Virus record (IMG/VR): IMGVR_UViG_3300009692_000017
Coordinates: 28,277-92,276 of that record
Origin: a virus
Lineage: Duplodnaviria; Caudoviricetes
Reading direction: 5' to 3' (one strand)
DNA length: 64,000 nt
The position numbers and the translations under genes are program-made. Below the pieces are notes generated by a model. The model did not search any database. It saw only the letters and a program-made list of their open reading frames with translations, and was not told where the DNA came from. Of this stretch, positions 21,169-30,542 are shown in pieces. Every line of letters starts with the position of its first letter. The stretch's first letter is position 1.

Positions 21169-21288
21169 ATGAAAAAACTCTTATCAATGTCCTCATTTAA
21201 GTACCGGAGGAATGTTCCTCTACGTGTCAAATATTCATGCCTCATTGTTTCTTGTAGAAAAGAATTAAGAAAAAATACGATAAATTAA
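21169..21288 (+). pseudogene. Frameshifted remnant of a glycosyltransferase N-terminus
   Basis: MKKLLSM then in +1 frame PHLSTGGM; compare MKKLLSIIPHCSTGGL at the start of 23740..27129. Confidence 0.55.
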
Positions 21289-21370
21289 TGAAAAATTATG
21301 GAATGAATTTATTACAAAATAAAAAGGAATCAATTATATTTACCGGATATTAGAAAGATTTCTTCCTATT

Positions 21371-23539
21371 TTATACTATTAAATTATTTTTCACAATCGC
21401 TTCAATTACCATATCGGGCGTAATCAATTTCGAACACTCGAACATTTTATCTGTTCCTTTTCTTCCCGGACACCATTGCCAATCGCCTTTATTAAATTCG
21501 TATCTAGTGTCATTAAAGCAACCAAAACAAACATTATCTTGTTTATAAAATTCTTTATATCCGCCTAGTCTGATACAATTAGTCTGAAATTCACAAAAAG
21601 GTTTGCTAAATCCTGATATCATAATTACTTTTTTACCCAATGCCCAGGATATCCAACTTAAACCGCTGCCAATTGATATCATAAATTCTGAATGATAAAT
21701 CTGATTCAATCTTTTTTCGAGTGGCTGTTCACCTGTTTCATTTATAATGTTTCTTAATATTGTTCCTTGTTTACTTATAACAACTACTTTTAATCCTTTA
21801 CTATTTAAATAATCAACAATCATCTGCCATCCTTTCGGATAATGCCAATGTTTAGCGTCAGCAGTTGAATGTTCAGCTATAACAACATACTTATTTTCAA
21901 ATTTAAATGGTTTTTCTTTTTTCGGGATTGTAATTCTAGGAACAATTTCTTTGTATTTTAATCCTAATATGTCACTAGCAGTTTGTTGTAATGGAATTGT
22001 TCTGTAATCATTTGGATGCTGATTTCTATCACCACCCCATGGTGGCTCAAACCAACCCAAATCATAAGAAGCGTATACATTATCTACATTAGTACCTGGA
22101 TTGATAAATATAATTTTATCATATTCTTTTTTGAACAGTTCGTATAAATTATTATAGATAGAGCAATAAACTATACAGTCGTGTTTTATTCTAAACTCTT
22201 CGACATATGGTATCCATGCCAATGTGTCTCCTATAGAACTGCTATGGAAAGAAATGAGAACGTTTTTACCGGTAGCATCGAATTCGAATTCTTTATTATC
22301 ATCACCGCTTACTAATATTTTCCAATTTTTGAAATATTTTATATTGGGTCTTGCCCATCTATTAGAAGTCAAATCTATTCCATAAACGCATCTCTCATTA
22401 TCTATAAAATCCACGTGTACTTTTTTTTCTTTCAAACATTTCATCTCAAAAAAAGCACCTCCATTAAAATTCACATTATATGTCATTTTTGGTTCTATAT
22501 GATTTTTTCCAATAACATTACTATTTTCATATGAATTTATGACGTGATTTCTCATATCTTCCCTAGTAAAATTATTTTGAACAGATATGACAAAATTATA
22601 GAAATCTTCTAATTGTTTGACTATAACAGACCAATCATATTTTTTTGATGTGGACAAAGCTAAATTTTTGTAATGATCATAATTATTTATTACTTTTGTT
22701 ATCTTGTTTTTAACATCTACTGAATTTCTCACACATTTCACAAGTCCGTCTAATGGAGTCTTCCCTTCATATGTCCCTACTACAGGTATACCGCAAGATA
22801 AGGATTCCAATAGAGTTAAATTAGGATGTCCAGCTTCTAACTCGGATGGATGTAAGAAAATAGTATGATCATTATAAATATCGACAAGTTCTCTTTCAGT
22901 TGGGTCTTTAATAAATTTCAATTTATCATATTTTAATAGATCGGAGTTAGCGTTAAAGAAATTATTGTTATTTTCTGGTCCAACTATAGTTATTTCTAAT
23001 CCTAATTCCATAGCAGCTTCTATGGAATATTTAAAACCCTTCCTATCACTTCTAGAATCATTTGCATAACCATTATTAGCGACACATAATAATTTGTGTT
23101 TATCGTGATATACATTTTTATTTACATATATGGATGTATCTACACCGTGTGGAAGATGAAATAATTTATCGGTGGTATCAAAAAAATCGACTAGATACTC
23201 AGCATATGTAATAGAAGCGACTGATTTTTTAATCGCCGATAAATTATTTGAAAAGGTTGGTGATTGTTTACCGTATCTGACCACGTGGTGATCATGTATA
23301 GAAAAAATATAAGGAGTTTTAAAATTATTCCAAGATTCTATCGCTTGATTTGCAGCATGAAAATGCACAATATCATATTTTAATCCGTTATTATCAAATA
23401 ATTCCCAAGGAAATACTACGTCTACAGTATGTCCTAATTTTTCTAATTGTAATTTATAATTCCATATAACTTTTTCTATTGCTCCCCATGATTTTGGTGG
23501 TATTTCAATAGCACCTAAATTTATTTGTGCAATCTTCAT
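21371..23539 (-). CDS. GT4 glycosyltransferase fused to TibC/AAH-like autotransporter heptosyltransferase domain
   Basis: N-half IPPKSWGAIE...RKG...EAGHPNLTLLESLSCGIPVV (GT-B/GT4); C-half SIGDTLAW, AKHW...GW, GSGLSWISWALG...ISGFS, CFGCFND..WCP..FECSKLIT. Confidence 0.8.
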   Translation of the reverse strand: MKIAQINLGAIEIPPKSWGAIEKVIWNYKLQLEKLGHTVDVVFPWELFDNNGLKYDIVHFHAANQAIESWNNFKTPYIFSIHDHHVVRYGKQSPTFSNNLSAIKKSVASITYAEYLVDFFDTTDKLFHLPHGVDTSIYVNKNVYHDKHKLLCVANNGYANDSRSDRKGFKYSIEAAMELGLEITIVGPENNNNFFNANSDLLKYDKLKFIKDPTERELVDIYNDHTIFLHPSELEAGHPNLTLLESLSCGIPVVGTYEGKTPLDGLVKCVRNSVDVKNKITKVINNYDHYKNLALSTSKKYDWSVIVKQLEDFYNFVISVQNNFTREDMRNHVINSYENSNVIGKNHIEPKMTYNVNFNGGAFFEMKCLKEKKVHVDFIDNERCVYGIDLTSNRWARPNIKYFKNWKILVSGDDNKEFEFDATGKNVLISFHSSSIGDTLAWIPYVEEFRIKHDCIVYCSIYNNLYELFKKEYDKIIFINPGTNVDNVYASYDLGWFEPPWGGDRNQHPNDYRTIPLQQTASDILGLKYKEIVPRITIPKKEKPFKFENKYVVIAEHSTADAKHWHYPKGWQMIVDYLNSKGLKVVVISKQGTILRNIINETGEQPLEKRLNQIYHSEFMISIGSGLSWISWALGKKVIMISGFSKPFCEFQTNCIRLGGYKEFYKQDNVCFGCFNDTRYEFNKGDWQWCPGRKGTDKMFECSKLITPDMVIEAIVKNNLIV

Positions 23540-23736
23540 TATATATCATATTCTTTTTTATAATCCTCTAAAGTACACCAATGAGGAATAATCATAGTAT
23601 GTTCCAATTTTTTATTTTGTAATTTACATTCATATTCATATATAGGAAAGTCATCGTCTAATGGTTTTCCTTTAATGACGTTTGGACAATTGAAACAATA
23701 TGTGTTAATTATTTTAGAATTTGTTATTTTTATCAT
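23539..23736 (-). CDS. Small Cys-containing hypothetical protein
   Basis: CFNCP..C..IPHWC; tightly packed in the GT operon. Confidence 0.55.
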   Translation of the reverse strand: MIKITNSKIINTYCFNCPNVIKGKPLDDDFPIYEYECKLQNKKLEHTMIIPHWCTLEDYKKEYDI

Positions 23737-23739
23737 ACT

Positions 23740-26700
23740 TTATTTTTCCTTTTCTATAAATTTTCCATTTTCTTTTAAAAATTTAATATTGTTTTGATTA
23801 ACGTTAAATTTCTGAATATTTATAGTTGTATTTGTTTTAGAATCAATAAAATTTGCAGTTATATTATAATTGTCATTATTATTTAATGTTATTTTATTAA
23901 AATAATAACTTCTACTTTTAATAAAATGAGTGCTTTCATTTTTAACTCCGTTATTATCGTATTCAAAAATAATTCTTCTATCATCTTTATCGTTGGACGA
24001 ATTGAACCATATAACAAAACTATTTTCATCATTTTCAACAGGTAATATACTCAAATATTCGACTCCTGAAAATAAATTTATATTTTCATTATTAAATAAT
24101 TTAGTTTCGTCTGTTTTTTCTATTATTAAATCATTTGAATAATTTATTAATTTTTTATAAAAATAATTTTCTAGAAAATTATGAGATCCTATTTTCTGAC
24201 ATTCTTCGTTGAATTTTTCAGGATTTCTTATGTTTTTAAAATGTTTCATGTAAAAATCGGTTTTAACTATGAAAAAAACGCTCTTTAATAACTTCATATC
24301 TCCTTCGTCGTACAACATAAAATAACCATTTTTATTTTCAGAATCTATTCTATTACACAAATCTTGAATTTTTGATAAATTATTTTCGTTAAATATAAAA
24401 TCATAACTCACTGATATTATTTTATCATAACCGATTTGATTGGCGAATCTTATAGAATTCTCTATGTTATTTAAAACTGTTAAAGATTGATTCAGATTTG
24501 ATTTAGTTTGTAACTTATTTAAATTTATTTCTATTCTTCCTTCTGAAATATTTGACCAATAAAAATTATATAAAGAATGTTCTATGAGTGGGTTATATGA
24601 ATCATACATATAATAATCTACTTTATCTTGAAGTTTTTTAGAAACTGGATAATGTGAGCATAATAATATTTTTTTATTTGTTTTTTTAATATTATCTATG
24701 CACTTTTCAGTAATCTCCTCTTTTATTTTTGTATCAGGAAATGTCATTATTAAAAATAAATCATTAGAACTTTCAAAAGTCTTTTGAATTTTATTTCTAA
24801 GTATTAATTCCTTAGTGAAATTAATACTTCCGTTTTGATATTCAACTGAATATCCTTTGAAATTAGGATCTGTTTTATAATGATTGACTCCAAGAGCTAT
24901 CCAATTTATAAAATTATTATTATCAAATATCATATTATCGGTTTTAAATATGATATCTTGAGTTTCTATATTCCTAACAATAATGTCGAACTTTGTACTT
25001 ATTTTTCCATTATATGGTAAATATAGTTTATTTTCATCTATTTTATAATCTATGTTAAATTGATCTTCGATAACATCTACTTCTTGAAAATCAATGTTTT
25101 TTATTTCTTCTACGCTTACATCACCGGTGATTTTGAAATCTTCCTTTATTCCATTAATATCTACCTTTTTAGTGAAAAGAAATTCATCTTTATAAGAAAA
25201 ATCGAAAAATATACTTCCGTGTTTATTATATTCATATATTACTATCCACATTGGATTGCGCGGAGATAATAGTGTTTTAACACTGTAAATAATATTTCGT
25301 TTACTATCATGAACAGTTATTCCTATATCGTTTATATCTTGTTGAAAAAAGTCGCTTAAACAAAAATAAAATTTTTGATCATCTTCGTTGAACTCAACAA
25401 TAATATCTTTTTCGTTTTTATCTTTAACTAAAGATTCATTATTTTTTAATAAAAAATGTTGAACATTTTCTCCCTGTATTGTAGATTGACCTTCAATTTG
25501 GTTTGTCAATCTTGGAGCAATTCCTTTACGTGAAAATTTAAACATATCAATATATAAAAGATCTGTTACATCCCACGGTAAGGTTTCATAGGATCTTAAA
25601 ATAAAATCTTTTACTATTTTTGGAAACATGATGCATTGAATACCTATAATTTTATTTGTTATATACATCCAATCTATATCTAATTTTTCTACTATATCAG
25701 ATACCATTTCGCCTGTTCTTAGATTCCTATTATCACCATATGACATATAATGAATATTTTTACTAATTATATAATCACATGATCCAAATACTTTATCTAC
25801 AAATTCATCAATAGGCACATTAAGAGTACAGTCTGATTCTAATATCATTAGAAAATCTATATCATCAGTGAATTCAGTAAAAATAGCCTTTTTAAATGAT
25901 TCATAATTGCCGTAATGTGGGCCTCTCAGAGAATATGCTCCAATGCGTCCAACGTCCCAAGGTCGAGCACAGAAATCAACAGGTAGTTTTCCGGTAAATC
26001 TTTTGTTTATATGTTGAACATAATCTATTCCGTATTTTGGTAATTGTTCTAATTCTTTAATTGATCTTGATTTTCTATCGTCCTCTTCTAATAATAAATG
26101 TACAGCTCTTATTTTATATTTTTTTTCTATTAGTGGATTACTTTTCCATGGTAATGTTTTTCTTTCAAATAGAAAATTTTTTATCAATCCTGCATCTATA
26201 TCAACATCACCATTAAGATAATGTATCGTTTCCTCAGTATCATATTTTCTATTATATACATCCAGTGGAAATAAAAATTGTGGTATTTGATGTTCTAAAG
26301 CTTCTTTAATAACTAAGGGATTCAGTTCTTTGTTCCATCTAAATCCCATTGATGTGAATAAAAATAGATCACAAGCATCTAAAAACACATCCACGTCATC
26401 TCTCTCATTCCAAAGAATACAGTTTTTTGGTTTATTTTTTAACAAAGGTCTCCAATAATCTTGAAAATTGTCTGCTTGATTTCCTATAAAATGAAATTTT
26501 ACAGGCATATCTGACATTTTTCTAGCTATTTCGAAAGCGTATGCTTGATTTTTTCTTGGAGTAAAAAGACCTACGTTAACAATGTGTTTATATTTTGGAT
26601 CCAGTCCTAAATTCTTCATGGAATCTATTTTCCTAATTGGTTCTATAGGAATTTTTTCTACTGGATATTCAATAACTTCCGATGGTATTCCAAATTTATT

Positions 26701-27129
26701 AAATTTAAAACAATTATATTGAGAAACAAACAAAAATTTATCAGGAAAAAATATTTTTTCATCAACGTTAAAATCAGAAGAATGTGTGGTTTCGAATATT
26801 TTATATGACCTATTAGGATTATATATTTTACTAGCTATTTCAAAACTCATATTAAAAAGTTCTGGAATTTCCTCCAAATGAATGAAATCTGGTTTTATTT
26901 TATCTATTATTTCTAATATTTCTTCTTTATTTGAGCCTAGAGTGAAAAAATGATCTGGTTTAAGTAATTTTTTCAATCTGTTTTTTTGAATAACAAATAT
27001 GTCTGAATAATTATTGTATTCAACTACATAAACATCAAAATCATTTTTTATTAATTCAATTCTCTTAACAAGCACTTGAGGAAGCCCTCCTGTACTACAA
27101 TGTGGAATGATACTTAATAATTTTTTCAT
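23740..27129 (-). CDS. Multidomain glycosyltransferase (GT4-like N-terminus, second GT-A-like domain, C-terminal domain)
   Basis: PHCSTGGLPQ, NVGLFTPRKNQ, DLFLFTS..ELNPLVIKEAL; middle LMILESDC. Confidence 0.75.
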   Translation of the reverse strand: MKKLLSIIPHCSTGGLPQVLVKRIELIKNDFDVYVVEYNNYSDIFVIQKNRLKKLLKPDHFFTLGSNKEEILEIIDKIKPDFIHLEEIPELFNMSFEIASKIYNPNRSYKIFETTHSSDFNVDEKIFFPDKFLFVSQYNCFKFNKFGIPSEVIEYPVEKIPIEPIRKIDSMKNLGLDPKYKHIVNVGLFTPRKNQAYAFEIARKMSDMPVKFHFIGNQADNFQDYWRPLLKNKPKNCILWNERDDVDVFLDACDLFLFTSMGFRWNKELNPLVIKEALEHQIPQFLFPLDVYNRKYDTEETIHYLNGDVDIDAGLIKNFLFERKTLPWKSNPLIEKKYKIRAVHLLLEEDDRKSRSIKELEQLPKYGIDYVQHINKRFTGKLPVDFCARPWDVGRIGAYSLRGPHYGNYESFKKAIFTEFTDDIDFLMILESDCTLNVPIDEFVDKVFGSCDYIISKNIHYMSYGDNRNLRTGEMVSDIVEKLDIDWMYITNKIIGIQCIMFPKIVKDFILRSYETLPWDVTDLLYIDMFKFSRKGIAPRLTNQIEGQSTIQGENVQHFLLKNNESLVKDKNEKDIIVEFNEDDQKFYFCLSDFFQQDINDIGITVHDSKRNIIYSVKTLLSPRNPMWIVIYEYNKHGSIFFDFSYKDEFLFTKKVDINGIKEDFKITGDVSVEEIKNIDFQEVDVIEDQFNIDYKIDENKLYLPYNGKISTKFDIIVRNIETQDIIFKTDNMIFDNNNFINWIALGVNHYKTDPNFKGYSVEYQNGSINFTKELILRNKIQKTFESSNDLFLIMTFPDTKIKEEITEKCIDNIKKTNKKILLCSHYPVSKKLQDKVDYYMYDSYNPLIEHSLYNFYWSNISEGRIEINLNKLQTKSNLNQSLTVLNNIENSIRFANQIGYDKIISVSYDFIFNENNLSKIQDLCNRIDSENKNGYFMLYDEGDMKLLKSVFFIVKTDFYMKHFKNIRNPEKFNEECQKIGSHNFLENYFYKKLINYSNDLIIEKTDETKLFNNENINLFSGVEYLSILPVENDENSFVIWFNSSNDKDDRRIIFEYDNNGVKNESTHFIKSRSYYFNKITLNNNDNYNITANFIDSKTNTTINIQKFNVNQNNIKFLKENGKFIEKEK

Positions 27130-27321
27130 CTATTAATTTTTTCTTTTTTTATCAATTTATAGTTTTTCCATTTTTTATTGCTGAAAAATCCTAAACTACA
27201 CCCTAAAGATTCAATTACAGATTTTCTAGTTTCAAAAATTAATTCTATTCCATTTGGATCTTCAATGTAATATCTCGTAGCGTCTGGATTAGATATACCT
27301 AATTTTTTTCCTTTTCTTCAT
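27126..27321 (-). pseudogene. Frameshifted small ORF, probable homing-endonuclease DNA-binding-domain remnant
   Basis: ATG at 27321 is out of frame by 1 nt (A7 run) with KKLGISNPDATRYYIEDPNG...KKEKINR*, whose TGA overlaps the GT ATG. Confidence 0.4.
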
Positions 27322-27424
27322 ACCTGAATTTTTAAGTTATATATTGATTAATAGGAGATGTTTATTTTTATTCAACTAAAATCAGAGAAGAAAATTAATA
27401 TATAGCATAAAATAATATATTAAA

Positions 27425-28513
27425 TTGATTTTGAAATTTAAACTATTTGAAGGTAAATATGACAGAATTAGTGGAATTTCTGTAGACGAAATATGGAAAA
27501 TAATCAAAATCACGAAAGTTTTATATGATTTAAAAGTACCTTGTTTAAGTTGTGATGAACTGGGTTACATAGAAAAAGAAATCGATTACAGTTTCTCTAG
27601 TCCAGTGGAATATGACTTAATATTAAAGATTAAAAGAGATAAAGTATTTAGAAAAGAAGGATTTTATATTGATGGTTCAAGTGATGATATAGAAGGAATT
27701 ATTTTTATAGAATTGGTAATAGATCCAGATAAAGAACCTAATTGTTATAATGAATTAAATTCATTTCTTCAAGAAACGATTAGACATGAAATAGAACATT
27801 TAACACATGGAGGATATAACAGAATAGAAGATAGACCCGATCCAGATAAAACAATGAAAATTAGAATTGCGTTGAATAAAGCAAATGTAAAAGGAGATTT
27901 TGTTAATTCTTATAAATATTATTTATTAGAAGATGAATTAGGACCTCTAGTTCATGGAATGTATAGAAAAGCCAAAACAGATAAAAAACCAATTACAACT
28001 ATATTTAATCAATTTTTATCAATAATGGAAGAAGAGGGGATAATTAATAAAGAAAAAAGAAAATTAGTTTATAAAGAATGGGTTAAATACGCTAAAAAGG
28101 TTTTACCGCATGCAAAATACGAATCATATGAAGAGAAAGATTTGGATTATAGAGAAATAAAAGAAAATTCTAAATTTAAGCTTCCTATAGGAACACATGT
28201 TATTGTTAAAAATTGGTATGGAATAGAAAGATTTAGAAATAAAATTGGAATAGTCATAGGTTATCATAAATCTTATGATGATTGTTTTCTAGTCAAGTTT
28301 GATGAAATATTTTATCCCAATAGTGTGTTGCGTCTTTATCAACACAGTGGTGGTAATAGTATGGAAGACCCAACAAAAAGATCTCGATATTTTAATAAAG
28401 CCGAAATAGAACCAATTGATAAAGACATGGTGGAAGAAATAAAGAGAAAAATAGAAGAAAGAAGATTGAAAATGTTGGACGTAGATCCATATGGTGAAGA
28501 AAACTGGGAATGA
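27425..28513 (+). CDS. Zincin-like (HExxH) domain + SH3-like domain protein with CTS-like leader and DPYGEENW tail
   Basis: MILKFKLFEG; IRHEIEH; LPIGTHVIV; ends DVDPYGEENWE; TTAATATATA at 27395-27404. Confidence 0.65.
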   Translation: MILKFKLFEGKYDRISGISVDEIWKIIKITKVLYDLKVPCLSCDELGYIEKEIDYSFSSPVEYDLILKIKRDKVFRKEGFYIDGSSDDIEGIIFIELVIDPDKEPNCYNELNSFLQETIRHEIEHLTHGGYNRIEDRPDPDKTMKIRIALNKANVKGDFVNSYKYYLLEDELGPLVHGMYRKAKTDKKPITTIFNQFLSIMEEEGIINKEKRKLVYKEWVKYAKKVLPHAKYESYEEKDLDYREIKENSKFKLPIGTHVIVKNWYGIERFRNKIGIVIGYHKSYDDCFLVKFDEIFYPNSVLRLYQHSGGNSMEDPTKRSRYFNKAEIEPIDKDMVEEIKRKIEERRLKMLDVDPYGEENWE

Positions 28514-28547
28514 TAGTGTTACAAATCCAAATATTGGAAGATTTGAT

Positions 28548-28931
28548 TTATTTTAATAATTTAATAAGATCTTCAGTTAAAATTGATATTAATTTTTTGC
28601 CTCCAATTTCAACATCCGGAATATTTTTTATAACTGAAAAAGTTGCATTACCATCTATCTCTAACTTTTCAATGTGTTCTTTTAACATTTCATCATGGGA
28701 ATAGTGTTGTTTTAAATTATCTAAAAAGGATTTCAAATTAAATCCTTTTTTATTATTATATTTGATCATCTGAAGTTCGTTGCTTTGACGCTCAATAAGT
28801 ATATACCACAACTTCTGTTTAGAAATTTTTATTTTTTCTAAAAAATTATAAGCTGAAGAAGCCTTTGTGTTTTTTGGCATTTTAGCCAAATGACCATGCA
28901 AATGTATTAAATCATCTTTATTATCTTCCAT
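28548..28931 (-). CDS. Hypothetical protein
   Basis: 127-aa ORF with typical composition; TATATA motif upstream. Confidence 0.6.
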   Translation of the reverse strand: MEDNKDDLIHLHGHLAKMPKNTKASSAYNFLEKIKISKQKLWYILIERQSNELQMIKYNNKKGFNLKSFLDNLKQHYSHDEMLKEHIEKLEIDGNATFSVIKNIPDVEIGGKKLISILTEDLIKLLK

Positions 28932-29090
28932 TAAACTATTAAATTTAATTTATTTGTATATATATAAACGATAATGTCATAAATGTCTAAAATAATTTCA
29001 AAATTATTTAAACATATAGTTTAACTGAATTATCAGAAACATTAAAATGAGCCAATATATCTTGGAATATTTTCAAATAGATCTTCCATA

Positions 29091-29348
29091 TTAGTTACTA
29101 TGTTTATTATAATATTTATCTACTGTATAATTATAAAAATTTCTTAATATTAGTTGAGATTCTATTCCCCACACGAGTAAATTTTTAAATAAATTAATGA
29201 AGTCATTTACTGTATCATTCCTCCTTGTGTATTCAGGCATAGTTTTATTAATTAATTCATTTTCATAATCAAAATGAATATTAGGATCATCATCTTTTCT
29301 ATGTTTTAGATCATAAATCTCTTTTATTTGGGATTCTCTTTCTATCAT
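29091..29348 (-). CDS. Hypothetical protein
   Basis: 85-aa ORF co-oriented with neighbours. Confidence 0.55.
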   Translation of the reverse strand: MIERESQIKEIYDLKHRKDDDPNIHFDYENELINKTMPEYTRRNDTVNDFINLFKNLLVWGIESQLILRNFYNYTVDKYYNKHSN

Positions 29349-29385
29349 TTATTATAAATATTTCTTTTTTTTCTATTTACGATTT

Positions 29386-29565
29386 TTAAAATTCATTAAA
29401 GTGTTTGAGAATATTTATTTCTGAATCATCGTCATCTTCTTCTTCTAATTCTAAATCTATATCAGTTATCATAGATGATTTTATTTTAATATGATCTTTT
29501 GTTGGAGGTCCCCCTTCATATTCAAATAAAAAATCTTCATATTTCAATATTTTTTTATGTATCAT
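29386..29565 (-). CDS. 59-aa acidic protein with CTS-like motif at both ends (not in ORF track)
   Basis: Hand translation MIHKKILKYEDFLFEYEGGPP...LEEEDDDDSEINILKHFNEF*. Confidence 0.6.
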   Translation of the reverse strand: MIHKKILKYEDFLFEYEGGPPTKDHIKIKSSMITDIDLELEEEDDDDSEINILKHFNEF

Positions 29566-29605
29566 TTTTCATTTGAAATCCATAGATTTCAGTAATTATT
29601 TATTT

Positions 29606-30079
29606 TTAATCACCGTAATAATGACTGTATTTATCGTCATCATCTTTATTATTTTTACTTATCCATTTACCGTCTTTCCAAACCCTATTACCGTAATCGT
29701 CATATCCACCGCGAGAGTATCCAGTACCATATGTTGTTGTATCTTTTTTTCTATGTTTTCCAAAATTCTGCTTATCTCTGGCTTTATGTTTCACATAACC
29801 AGCATAAGGCCATACTTCCATCCAATTCTTGTCTTCTTTTTTAAATATTGAATAATTTGGATCTTGATAAGTATCCCATGCTTTAAAAATATCCGTTAAT
29901 AATTCTGTAGATATTTCTATTTTGTATTCTTTTAATTTTTTTGAAAGGATATCAAATTTCATTTCATCATTGATTTTTAATTTGATAATTATTTCATGAA
30001 CAGCCCATCTTAATTTATCGTTAGGATCAAAAGATGCCAGTTCTTCATTTAAAACTAAAAATTCTTGATATATTAACAT
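29606..30079 (-). CDS. Hypothetical protein with CTS-like leader (start revised)
   Basis: ATG at 30079 gives MLIYQEFLVLNEE, just downstream of a TTTATATATA motif. Confidence 0.6.
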   Translation of the reverse strand: MLIYQEFLVLNEELASFDPNDKLRWAVHEIIIKLKINDEMKFDILSKKLKEYKIEISTELLTDIFKAWDTYQDPNYSIFKKEDKNWMEVWPYAGYVKHKARDKQNFGKHRKKDTTTYGTGYSRGGYDDYGNRVWKDGKWISKNNKDDDDKYSHYYGD

Positions 30080-30153
30080 GTAACTATATATAAATTTTTT
30101 CTTTTCTTTTTTTATATTAATTATTCTAAATATCATTATAAATCAATAAAATT

Positions 30154-30181
30154 AAACTTTTATCTACAGAATAAATATAAG
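30154..30181 (+). promoter_or_regulatory. Putative bipartite promoter AAACTT-N16-TATAAG
   Basis: Exact match 22 nt before ATG at 30204. Confidence 0.5.
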
Positions 30182-30203
30182 ATAAAAAAAATAATAAATA
30201 CTT

Positions 30204-30395
30204 ATGGAACTAACAGCTTATTGTATGAAAACAAAACAAAAAAATGTACCATTTGTGGGAAAACCAGAATTATCAAAAACAACAAGAGGTGGATACATCT
30301 TAAAGGGAGTGGATAAAGATGGCAATAAAATGAGTGCTATTATATCAAAAGAAAAAGCTGATGAGGCTATCAGATTAAATTTAGTAATAGAATAA
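30204..30395 (+). CDS. DUF5679-like small protein
   Basis: AYCMKTK.K......RG....KG....G.KM..I pattern; own promoter and terminator. Confidence 0.55.
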   Translation: MELTAYCMKTKQKNVPFVGKPELSKTTRGGYILKGVDKDGNKMSAIISKEKADEAIRLNLVIE

Positions 30396-30411
30396 AAAAT
30401 AAAATTTTTTT

Positions 30412-30444
30412 AATCCCATATAAAATATTATATGGGATTTTTTT
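30412..30444 (+). terminator. Intrinsic terminator
   Basis: aatcccatata...tatatgggatt followed by T run. Confidence 0.7.
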
Positions 30445-30542
30445 GTTATAAAAATATGGTGGAGAAAATTCTAATATATAAAAATAAAAAAATATTATGA
30501 TAAATAAAACTAAAGTGTCGAAAAAGAAACATTAAGATAGAA

